Below are positions 34,568 through 46,809 of a DNA stretch of 64,000 nucleotides, in pieces. Source of the stretch: Phaeosaccion multiseriatum (Eukaryota; Protista; Ochrophyta, other classes); contig OZ218961.1 of assembly GCA_965112735.1 (NCBI GenBank), forward strand, positions 2,356,001 through 2,420,000. The letters run 5' to 3'. The position numbers were made by a program, and so were the translations under genes. The first letter of the stretch is position 1; every line of letters begins with the position of its first letter. Under the pieces are notes generated by a model, which was not told the DNA's origin, searched no databases, and saw only the letters and a list, made by a program, of their open reading frames with translations.

Positions 34568-37500
34568 ATGGCACCCTCGTCTGAGCGACGGAAGCCCCCT
34601 TCGTGGGGCAATCAGCTCCGGGCGATGCTGGTCAAGAATGCCTTACTGAAGCTTGCAGAGTGGCCTAACACGATTGCCGAGGTATGCATCCCCGCCCTCT
34701 TCATGCTGCTCCTGGTGTGGATCAAGAGCATCACCACCGTCTTCGACAGGTGAGAGGAGAGATAGAGGAAGAGGCGACGAGGTAGAGAGCGAGAAGCGAC
34801 GTTGAGAGAGAAGAGAGAGAGAGAGAAGAGCACCTCTCATTTGCTGCTTCTCAACCTCCGACCCTTCACGTACATTGTAAAGACAAGCGCGTCTTTGCGA
34901 CAGTATGGTAAAGCAGCGCTGCTCAGCACATCCCCTCGCCTCCCCTCCCCTCCCATCTCCACTCCCCGCCCCTCCCCTCCCCTACCCTTTTTTTCCTTTC
35001 CCACAGCCCCAACGTGGCGTACGTGTGTGGCAACACGGCTCCGTGGTACTATCAAAACGATCTTGATATATCCGACCCCGCCCACCTCTTCCAGACCAAC
35101 CCCCTGCTGGAATGCCTCCTCAAACCCAACAGGTTGGCAACCTGTTCCTGTGGATGGGGCCATCGGCGTACAACCACTCCTTCAAGTCTGCCTTGTTCTT
35201 CTTCCCTCTCACTCGTTTGTTCCTCCCTCCTTCCTCCTTCTCTCCTTCCTTCCTTCCTTCCTTCCTTCCTTCCTTCCTTCCTTCTTTCACTCCTTCCTCT
35301 CTCTCTCCTTAGCTCCACGCAAACATGCACTGCAGACAACTACTACACAACCCCCACGGATGAGCTCGACGTAATCGGTGACCTCGATTTTTACCCCCAG
35401 CTCGGCTACATGGGTGAGTTTGTGTCCTCCTCCTCCTCCTCCTCCTCCTCCTCCTCCTCCTCCTCCTCCTCCTCCTCCTCCTCCTCCTCCTCCTCCTCCT
35501 CCTCCTCCTCCTCCTCCTCCTCCTCCTCCACTCGCCTGTCACTCATGCCCATCTGCCCCCCTACTACACCTCGTACACCACTGATAACACACCACCCCAA
35601 ACACTTTTCAATTCACTAACTCCTAAGTACATCATTATCCCACCATCCAAACTACTTTCACGGACTGACTGACTGACTGACTGACTGACTGACTGACTGA
35701 CTGGATACAAAACGCTGAATGCTGTGCATACATAATTCAGCCTCAGGAGGGCAGTACCCGTTCTACGGTTTCACCGTCGGAGACGAGCAACAGCTGTACA
35801 CGGAGCTTCGCGAAGGGTTGGGACTTGATGTAGACAACCCCTCTCTGTCCCTCCCCTCCATCGCGGAGAGGCTGCTCTACAGCGGCACTCCCACGTTTAT
35901 TGCCGTTGCTCCTGCAGAGGAGGCCGAGGAGGAAGAGGCATATGGGTCTACAGCTGAGGTAGCTGAGGTGTGGCAGCAGCACCGGCAGCAGCACCGGCAG
36001 AAGCAGGAACAGCAGGAGCAGCAGGGAAACGTAGCAGGAGCGGTGGGTGGAGTCGCGCCAGTCTCGAAGCTGTATCACCAACAGCAGCACAAGAGTGACG
36101 AGAGTGTCGAGCTCGCCGCCCTCTCAGACGCAGCCACCGCCTTTGCTACTTGGCTTAATGATAGCCTCCGCCACTCCAACTCCTCCTTGGGCACCGTAGT
36201 CAGACTCTTTCCCTCCAGCGCGGCCATCGATGAGTACATCAGCTCGCCAGGTGAGGGAGAGTGAGGGTGTGAGGGAAGGAGGAGGAGGAGGAGGAGGAGG
36301 AGGAGGAGGAGGAGGAGGGGGAGGTGAAGGACACTGACGAACGCACACAAGCACGCACCGCCCTCACAGACTGGCGTTGTGTTGTGTGTTTCATTGACTT
36401 ACTTACGAGTGTCTCAAATGGTGTGTGCTTCGCTTGCTGACTGACTGACTTACTGACCACTGACTGACTTACTGACCACTGACTGACTTACTGACCACTG
36501 ACTGACTTACTGACCACTGACTGACTTGCTTTCTTGTGGTTGCATGCTTGCACTTACACCAGAGTACGAGACACGTGGAGAGGAGCCTGTGGAGGAGGGA
36601 GGAGGGAAGGTGGGCTTAGCGGTTGTCTTCAATCAGGCCCCGGGAAGTGGGAGGAGCAGGGCAGGGGGGGATGGCAGCCGAAGGGGTGGAACGAGCGATG
36701 GCGCCGGCGCTGCCGATGAAGGGAGTTGGGCATACTCGCTTCGCTTCAACAGCACGCTGAATCCGGTAAGTTACGTGTGTACGTACGAACGAGGCTGAAA
36801 TGACTGGCTGAAATGGATGGCAGGAAGGAGCAATAGTGTTCCACGTGCTAACACCCTCCTTCTCCCTCCCTTCCTCCCTTCCTCTCTCTCTCTTTCTCTA
36901 TCCCCCACTCCCTCCCTCTCCCCCTTCCTCCCTCCTTCCTCCGTTAGGCTGACATAATCTCCAAGGAGGCAGGTTGCCTGTACAGCGGCTGTCGTTCCAC
37001 CTTCTTCCTTCCCAACACTGGCATCAGCACCGAGCCACTCAAGAGGCCCCCATCCAGCGAGTTTGTCTTTGGCTACTCGTACAGCGGCTTCCTCACCCTG
37101 CAGCAGGCAGTGGACCGCTTCATCCTTTCTGTAACGGCAGGTACGTTACGTACCGACTGATGGGGTGACTGACTGTAACTGACTTGACTGACACCAGGTA
37201 CTGGCTGATGACGGGACTGATGAGATGATTGACTGACTTAACTGACACCAGGTACTGACAAACTAACGAACTTGACTGTAACGGCTGTAACGGCAGGGCG
37301 GGACGTGACACTCGGTACCAGTGTGGGCTTCATGCCGGAGAGGGCGTACCTCACGGACGAGTTTGCCAAAATCATCGCCTCCACCCTGGGCATCTTCTAC
37401 ATGCTGGCATGGGTGGTAAGTACGTGCGTGGGTTGGTGATTCGGTATTTTATGTAGGGCCTCTATGAGCGGGAGATTGCGGTGGAGGAGGAGGAGGAGGA

Positions 37501-40500
37501 GGAGGAGGAGGAGGAGGAGGAGGAGAAGGAGGAGGAGGAGGAGGAGGAGGAGGAGGGGGGGGGGGGGGAGGCTCGAGGAGTGAGGAGCGAGGAGGAGGAG
37601 GAGGAGGAGGAGGAGGAGGAGGAGGAGGAGGAGGAGGAGGAGGGGGGGGAGGCTCGAGGAGTGAGGAGCGAGGAGTATAGGGGAAGAGATTGTCCGGCAG
37701 GTTATCGCACTCTACTCTACTTATCGTACCCTACTTTGCTCATCGTACTCTACTTTACCAAGGCTACGACGACTACCTATTGCAACTTCATTCATCCCTC
37801 TCCTCCTTCGAATAGAATCAATCTACTGCTACTGCTCCTCCTCCTCCACTTCTGCTACTACATCTCTACTTCTACTACTGCTGTTGGTGCTACTACTACT
37901 GATATACTGCTACTCCCCCTCCTCCCGTTTCGTCTGCAGTACCCTGTGAGTCGCATCATCCGTGTGTTGGTTTCCGAGAAGGAAGAGCGCATCAAGGAGG
38001 GCCTCAAGGTAAGAGTTTCAGTTTCATTGACCTCGATCCCATCCGTAGAGGCATGCATGTATGGAAGACGAGGATACCGACAGGCTTCCTTCAGGCCAAA
38101 CCCCTCACCCTCCTTCCTCCCTCCTGTGCAGGTGATGGGCTTGCGTGAGTGGGTCTACAACGCGAGCTGGTTTATATCCCTCCTTGTACAACTCGCAGTG
38201 TCGGATATTCTCATCTTGCTGGCGGTACGTGCCAAATGCCAAATGCCAAGTGCAGTTAGTGGCCGTGTAACGGCAGTGTAACGCTCGATAGGCAAGGCAG
38301 GGCAGGGCGAGGCAAGGAAACACCGCAGACTCCTCCTTTCCCCCTCCCCTCCCCTCCCCTTCCCTCTCCTTACCACACACCCGCTGACACCCCTCTCCTC
38401 TCCCAGGTGAGCGGCTCCGTGTTCGAGTACAGCGACAAGCGCCTTGTCTTCGCGTGGCTCCTTCTTGTGTCTGTGGCGATCATCCTCTTCTGCTTCCTCG
38501 CCGCCACTTTTTTCCAGTAAGTCTTTCCCTAGTAAGCGCCTCATTCAGAAAGGCGCCTCTCTCTGCCTCTTTTTTTCTCTCTCTCTCACTGTCTCTCGCT
38601 CTCCTCTTTCTCTCTCTCAAACCCAAGGTCTTATCTCTCTCCCTCTCTCTGTCCCTCTCGCTCTCCCTCTCTCTCTCCCCCCCCCCTCTCTCTCTCTCTC
38701 TCTCCCTTCCTTCCGTACAACAACAACCAACAAACGTGATCAGCCGAGCCAAGACGGCGGCCACCATGGGCAGCATCCTCTTCTTCGCGTGCTTCTTCCC
38801 CTACTACTACGTTGGGGGCAAGGCGAGCAGCAGCAAACTCACCAAGGTGTGGCTCTCTCTCCTTGTGCCCACGGCCTTCGCCCTAGGAGGGGACACATTT
38901 GCGGCGTACGAAGGAGGCCTGGTGAGAGAGGGAGGGAGGAGAGGGAAACGAGAGGAGAGGAGAAGAGACGGGGGGGGAGGGGAGGGGAGAAGAGGGGAGA
39001 GGAGGGGAGAAGAGGGGAGGGGAGGGAGAGGAGGAGAGGGGAGGGGAGGGGCTAGGGGGGGCTCTGCCACTGGAACCTAACAAACTGAAGCTGTAGGCTG
39101 CACTAAATGCGAATACTCTCCCCTCCCTCTTCTCCTCCTCCTCCTCCTCCTCCTCCTCCTCTCCTTTAGGTGGGCGTCCAGACGTTCAACACGGGGCAGG
39201 CCTCGTCGGCCAACGTGTTAACGTATAACACTATCATGGCGATGCTGGCAGTGGACTGCCTGGTATATGCAGTGGTGTCTTGGTACTTTGACAAGGTGTT
39301 GCCGAGTCAGTACGGGTCCCCGCTTCCTTGGTACTTCCCGTTGGAGGCGGTGAAGCGGTGGTGGGTGGGGGAGAGGAGGAAGAGGAGAAGGAGGAGCGGG
39401 GGGGGCGGAGGAGGAGGAGGAGGAGGAGGAGGAGCGGGGGTGGTGGGGGAGAGAGAGTCAGGGGGTTTGATGATGAAGAAGAAGAAGAGTGGGCGCGTGT
39501 CGTGGAAGGGCGACGACGGAGAGGAATGGGAACGAGAAGAAGAGGAAGAACAACGGGGCTTACTGGAGGAGCCTCTGCTGTCGCATAGACAGGCGGGGGG
39601 GAGAGAAGGAAGAGGAGGAGGAGGAGGAGGAGGAGGAGGAGGAGAAGAAGGCGTTGGAGTCAACGAGGTGGAAGTCGATGAGGAAAGTGGGGCCGCTGTT
39701 GCTGCACAACACCACCAACGTCAAGGTCAAGGTCAAGGTCTTCTATCAGAGGACGGCTCCACCCGTGCGAATACGAATGGGGGGCTGGTGGAGGCCGTGG
39801 GGCCCAACCTCTATCGGCAGAAGAAAGAGGGTCGAGCCGTGTGCATCAAGGGCCTGCGCAAGGTCTATGGCAGTGGCAAAGGTAAGGGAGGGAGGGAGGG
39901 AGGGAGGGAGGGGGGGAGGGAGGGAGGGAGGGTGAGAAGGGTGAGGGGGGGGGGGGAAGCAAAGGGGAGGGTAAGGAGGAAATGGAAGGGCAAGATGTGT
40001 TTTTGGGGGTTGTGGATGCTGTGGTACTACACACCCCTTCCGTACTACTTCGTAGTACATACGTATACGTACATGCGTACTTGCACACTTACGCCATGTG
40101 TGATTTTGTCGATGTTTCTCAGTGGCCGTGAAGGGGCTTGACCTGGACTTCTTCGAGGGGCACATCTCCGTGGTAGGTGGGGTAGGTGGGGTGGGTAGGA
40201 TGGGATGTGGCTGCCTGCTTGCCTGATTCACTGACTTTCTTTCTTTTTTCCTTTCTTCCTTTCTTCCTTCCTTCCTTCCTTCCTTCCTTCCTTCCTTCCT
40301 TCCTTCCTTCCTTCCTTCCTTCCTTCCTTCCTTCCTTCCTCCCTCCTTCCCTCCCGTCCTCCCATGAAGCTTTTGGGCCACAATGGTGCTGGCAAGGTGA
40401 GAGCAGGAGAGTGGAGGGGAGGGAGGGAGGGTAGAGCGGAGGGAGGGGAGGGTAGAGAGCGGAGGGAGGGGAGGGAGGGGAAGAGATAGGAGGTGCGTCG

Positions 40501-43500
40501 GTATGGAGGGCACAGGGGATGAGTGATATCGAGGCACCCCCTTCAATCCCTCCCTCCCTCACCGCCAACCACTCCCTTACACAACCTTACATACTCCCTC
40601 ACCGCCAGCTCCTCCTTCCCTCCCTCCCCCCACCCTCCCTTCCTTCCTCCCTACCCTCCCCGCTTCCCCCCAACTCCTTCCTCCCTTCTCAGTCCACCAC
40701 AATGTCGATGCTGACGGGCATGACCGCATCCTCGGCCGGAGGGGCCACCTTCCCCGGGGGGCTGGACCTGCACACAGACACTCTTGCCGTGCGCTCGCTC
40801 CTCGGAGTGTGTCCACAACACGACGTGCTCTTTCCCACCCTCACTGTGATGCAGCACTTACGTATGTACGGTGTTGTGAAGGGTGTGGAGCCACACGATG
40901 TGGAGGAGAAGGTAAGGGTTGTTACGTAAGGGAGTATGTAAGGTTATGTAAGGGAGCAGTTGGTGGTACGGCAGCGGTGGCTTTGAAGGAGGATCTGACG
41001 ATGGCTCGGAGGAAGGTAGGCACATACGCACGCACATACTCTCACACCTACACGCACCCACACACACGCACGCACACACACACACACGCAAACCCTTACA
41101 TACACACAGGCGCTGGCGCTGGCGAAAGAAGTGGGCCTAATGGAGAAGCTTCATCAGCAGACCAAAGCCCTGTCGGGGGGGCAGAAGCGGAAACTCTCAC
41201 TGGCCATTGCGCTCATCGGGGACAGCAAGGTGATCATCTGTGACGAACCCACCTCAGGGATGGATCCTTACTCCCGGAGGGCAACATGGGGGGTGCTGCA
41301 GCGCCATCGCAAAGGAAGAGTCATCATCCTGAGCACGTGAGTCCGGGGAATGGTCATATTGCCCAAATGTAAAGGCTTTTTTCTTTAGCATTGGAAGGAG
41401 CAGGAGGCCCTCATTCTCTGCAGGAGACGAGAGCTATCGGTGTCAGCGTGTTGTCGCTGCTTTCACCCCTCCCCCCCCCCCCCCTCCCCTGCTTAAATCA
41501 CACGTCCTCCTCTCCCTTGTGCCTTTCCTACTTCACTCCCTCCCTCCCTCCCTCCCTTCCTCCAACCCCCCCTCCTGTATCACCACCTCCCTCACCACCT
41601 GCTCTCCCTCCCTCCTCTCAGTCACTTCATGGACGAAGCCGACATCCTCGGTGATCGTATCTCTATCCTCGCAGAGGGAGAATTGCGCTGCTGCGGCTCC
41701 TCTCTCTTCCTCAAGTCTGTCTACGGGGTGGGCTACACCATGACCATTGTGCAGGAGCAACAGCAGCAGTTGGTGATACAGACGCAGCAGCGGGAGAGCG
41801 CCAAGCTGCAAGGAGGGGGGGGTGGTGTCAGCAGCAGCAGCGGTAGTGGAAGTGGTAGTGGAAGCGGCAGCGGTGAGAGCAAGATTGTGGTACTACGCGG
41901 GAGGGAAGAATCAGGTAGGACGAGTTTCAGTTTCGGCTTGTTGACCGTACGTTGGATGCCAGTCATCCTCCTCCAGTCTGTCCTCTCTCTCTCTCTCCGT
42001 CCTCTCCCTCCCTCCGTTCCTCCCTTCCTCCCTTCACTCGCTCACCCCCCGCCACCCTATCTCGCTCTCTGTCTGCTCCCTCTCCTCCCATCCCTTGTCA
42101 TCTCCCCACCCCCCTCCAAAGGCGTAGAGGAGAGCAAAGGCGGGGATGACAGCGCTGCTTGTCATGCTCCTCCTGCTAGTGGTAGTGGCAGTGGTAGCGG
42201 CGAGAGTGCCTCATCGAGTGCTGAGGCTTTGCACCGCACCATCACATCCTTTGTGCCTGAGGCTCAGCTCCTCAGTGCCGTCGGAGCCGAGCGGTGCTAC
42301 CGTATGCCATTCCAAGCTGCGCCAAGGTACTATGATCGGCATGTGTGTGTTGTGTGTGTGCGTGTGTGTGAGTATGTATATATGTGTTCGTGTGTGTGTT
42401 CGTGTGTGTATGCTTGTGTGTATGTGTGCGTATGTGTGTATATATATATATATGTGTGTGTGAGTATGTGGTGTGAGGGTGCGCGTGTGTACGTATGCGT
42501 GCATGTATGTGTGTGTCGTATGCGTGTGTGTGTATGTATGCGTGTGTGTGTACTGCCCTGACACCCACTCTCTTACTCGACATTTCTAAGATTTGCTGAC
42601 ATGTTCGAGGAGCTGGACCGGTCCAAGCAGCGCCTGAAGGTGGCAGCCTATGGCATATCCGTTACCACACTGGAGGAGGTGTTCCTCAGAGTGGGGCACG
42701 GCACAGACGGGATGGCACTAGATGGGGTGAGTGGGTGTATGGGATGGTACTAGATGGAGTGATTGAGTGTAAGGGATGGCACTGGATGGGGTGAGCGGGA
42801 TGGTACTAGATGGAGTGATTGAGTGTAAGAGATGGCACTGGATGGGGTGAGCGGGATGGTACTAGATGGAGTGATTGAGTGTAAGGGATGGCACTGGATG
42901 GGGTGAGCGGGATGGTACTAGATGGAGTGATTGAGTGTAACGGATGGCACTGGATGGGGTGAGTGGGTGTATGGGCTGGTACCAGATGGAGTGATTGAGT
43001 GTAAGGGATGGCACTGGATGGGGTGAGTGGGTGTATGGGCTGGTACCAGATGGAGTGATTGAGTGTAAGAGATTGGATGCGGCGCCCTGCTTTCCTCATT
43101 CACACCCCGGGCTTCTGTCTCTCCCTCTCTCTCTCTCTCTCTCTCTCACTCTCACTGTGTATGTGTGTGTCAATGTGCTTTCGCCACTCCGAATAGGATG
43201 GCGCTGAAGGGGGGCTGGTGCGCTCCAGACTGCCTTCCCTCCTCTCCGACGACGGCCACCACCAGGGACACGCACGCACACACAAGGAGCAGCAGCAGGA
43301 GGAGGACACCCGAGCTTCTTCTACCACCGCTGCTGCCGTATCACCAACTGCTGCTGCTGCTGCTGCTGCTGGCGGTGATTCAACAAGCCTTCTCCTCGGA
43401 GGGGACATGGGGGCCTATGGGGTGGAAGCAGGGGGCGACTTGGGCGAGTCTTACCGCCGCTCTAGCAACTCCAACTCATGCTGCGGCCGCTCGCTCGGAC

Positions 43501-45416
43501 TAAAGGCGGCGTCTGCTGCTGCTGTTGGTGATTCAAGCTGGGAGGCCTTCGCGAGGCACTTTCGGGCCCTCTTTCGCAAGAGGGTGCTCTATGCATTGCG
43601 CGACAAGAAATCGCTTCTGTTCCAGGTGAGCAGCAGCAATTGGTTGTACAGGAACAACAGCGTGAGGAGAGGAGGAGAGATATCTATATCTCCTTCCCTC
43701 TGGACCTTTCTTCCTCTCTGTTCACAACTCCTGCCCTGCCTGTATACACGTGCTGCTTACCCCACCCTCCCCCTCCCCTCCCCCCAGCTGGTTATCCCCT
43801 GCGTCCTCTTCACCTTCGGCCTCCTCCTCCTCAACCTCTCCTCCCCGGACTTTGGTGCCTCAACCCTGGAGCTGTCTGCGTGGGGTCAATACAACACTCA
43901 CCTCCCTACTGCGAAGAGGAACTTTGTGCCCTTTGCGAATCTCGACCAAAGCCCCGACGGAGGAGCTTCTGCTGCCGCTACTGCTGCTGCTCTGTCGTCG
44001 CCATTGGGGGAGGAGCCACCGCAGGGACTGGGCATGGGCATGGGCATGGGTTTGGGCGCGTTACTGATGAGCAAATTCGATGGGGAGGGGCTGCAGGGGA
44101 CGGCGGTGAGTTTGAGTTTGAGTTGGAGCTTTATAGTTGGAGTTTGAGATTCGTGTGTGTGGTGGATTCAAGGCTACAAGGGTCCAGGGACACGTCGTTG
44201 AGTGAGGGAGGGAGTGAGTGAGTGAGTGAGTGAGTGAGTGAATGAGTGGGAGAGTGTGTGAGTGAGTGAGTGAGTGAGTGAGTGAGTGGGCGGGTGAGTG
44301 AGTGAGTGAGTGAGTGAGGGAGTGAGGGAGTGAGCGAGGGAGTGGGTGAACAAGTGAGAGAGTTAGTGAGAGAGAGAGTGAGTGAGTGAGTGAGTGAGTG
44401 AGGAAGGGAGCGAGTGAGTGGGTGCTTGGTACTTTCACTACCTGTTGCTCGCTCGCGCCGTGCCCTGTACCCCACTCTCTGTATCACCAACTTCTGATGT
44501 GTCTCTCTTGTCCCCACCCACCATCTCCACCCTCTGTGCCTCTTTGTATCACCAACTGTCTCACCTACTCAACCATCAGGTGGACTTGAGCGCCAGAGTG
44601 GCCCGAGGGGGGCGCTCGACGTTGGGGGAGGCGGAGGAGGAGGAGGAGGAGGAGGAGGAGGAGGAGGAGAAGGGGCACGTTCACGTGGAGGAGGGGGATA
44701 AATTTTCGGGCTGCGCGCAAGGGGCGTCGCCACTTGTGAACATGAGCAGTGCGCTGCTTGGCCCCCTAGAGGAAGGGCAGAGAGAGGCAGAGAGGGGCGG
44801 AAGTAGGTACGTCCTTGCCTTGTCCGATCAATCCCGGAGGGAGGGAAGGAAGGAACGAAGGAAGGAAGGTCGGAGGGAAGGAAGGAATGAAGGAAGGAAG
44901 GTCGGAGGGAAGGAAGGAGAGAAGGAGTGCGAAGTTTACACTCCCTTGACCCATGCTTTTGAGAACGACGATGCATGTCTGACGAGGTTTGCCCGCTGCA
45001 CCCATCTCCTGCCTCTTTCACCTCATACACACACGCACATTATGTATGTGCATATATATGTTATCATGTATGCGCATATATATATATATATATACCTCCC
45101 TTCTACCCCGTGTATCGCACTTTAACCCCTGCACGTCCACCACCACAGATACGGAGCGGTGGTGCTGGCTGCCAACCTCACCACCGAGAACATTACGTAC
45201 GGCCTCCTACTCAACGCCTCGGCCCTTCACGCCGCCCCTGTATTCATGAACTTAGTCCACTCGGCAGCTCTGCAAGTCCTGTCGGACAGCAACAACAATA
45301 AGAACAACAACGATGGTGCCCAGGATGGATGGAGGAGTGGAGGTCGATGGGCGGCGGCGGTGGAGGAAGGGGGTGGAGATGAGGGGGGTGATCCAGTAGT
45401 TGGTGATACAGCAGCA

Positions 45417-45450
<34 letters not shown>

Positions 45451-46769
45451 GAGGAGGAGGAGGAGGAGCGGCAAGAGAAGGAGCAGCAGTTGGTGATACA
45501 GCAGGAGGAGGGGGGCCTACGATCACCGTGCACAACAGTCCACTGCCCCAGACGGAGCTTGAGAAGCAGGCCAAGGCCACGCTCGACGCCTTCACTGCCG
45601 CCCTCATGGTGGTAGGTGGTAGGTGGTCCATACGATGATGGCCTGGCCCGTATGCCTGCCCATAGTACCATGCCCATATGCCTGCGATACCGTCTGTACC
45701 TACCCATATGCCTACCCATGCTCACGCCCATGCCCACAGGCCTGCCATACCGTCTGTACCTCTACCCATATGCCTACACATGCTCATATCTGTATGCCTG
45801 ACTATGCCCCTATGCCCATATCCATACCCGTATGCCTCTGATGTCCTGACACCAGGTTATCGCCTTCTGCTTCCTGCCGGCATCCTACGCCATCTTTGTA
45901 GTGAAAGAAAGGGAGGTTAAAGCAAAGCACCAGCAGGTCAGAGTCAGTTACCGTTTGTAGCTCCTCAATACAGTTACAGAATCAGTTTAGACAGGCAGGT
46001 CGGAACGAAGGGGAGGAAGGGAGAGAGAAAGGCACTGCATGACATAGAAGGCACTGGACGTTTACTTTTTTGCCTCTGCACGCAAGAGGTCAAAAGCCTT
46101 TTAGCGAACCACACATTTTCACCTTACCCACCATTCCACCTAATACAACATTCCACCGAACCCACACCCATCCACCCACACCCATCCACCCACACCCATC
46201 CACCCACACCCACCCACCCATCCAAACCACCCATCCAAACCACCCTACACTTTCCCCCCCACAGCCTCCCCAACCCCCCCAACCCACCCACTCACACCCA
46301 CTCACACCCACTCACACCCACTCACACCCACTCACACCTACTCACACCCACTCACACCCACTCACACCCACTCACGACCACCCACACCCACCCACACCCA
46401 CCCACACCAACTCACACCCACTCACCCCCCTTCCAACCCGTTTCACCCCCTCCCACCCTTCAGTTCATCTCCGGAGTAGGCCTCACTGCTTACTGGAGCT
46501 CTACTTTTACGTGGGACTCTCTCTCATACCTCCTCCCCTGCTCCGCCTGCCTCGCCCTCATCTATGTGTTTGACATTGAGGCCTACACGCGTAATGAGGG
46601 AGCGGTGGCCGTGGCTCTTCTTTTTGCGCTGTACGGCCCTGCGGTAGCGGCCTTTACTTACTGCTTGAGTTGGTGCTTCACGTCTCACAGCAGTGCGCAG
46701 AACGCCGTGTTGTTTATCAACTTCCTCACAGGTCCGTTTGTAGAGTCTGTCTGGCGTCCTTGGGTCACT

Positions 46770-46809
<40 letters not shown>

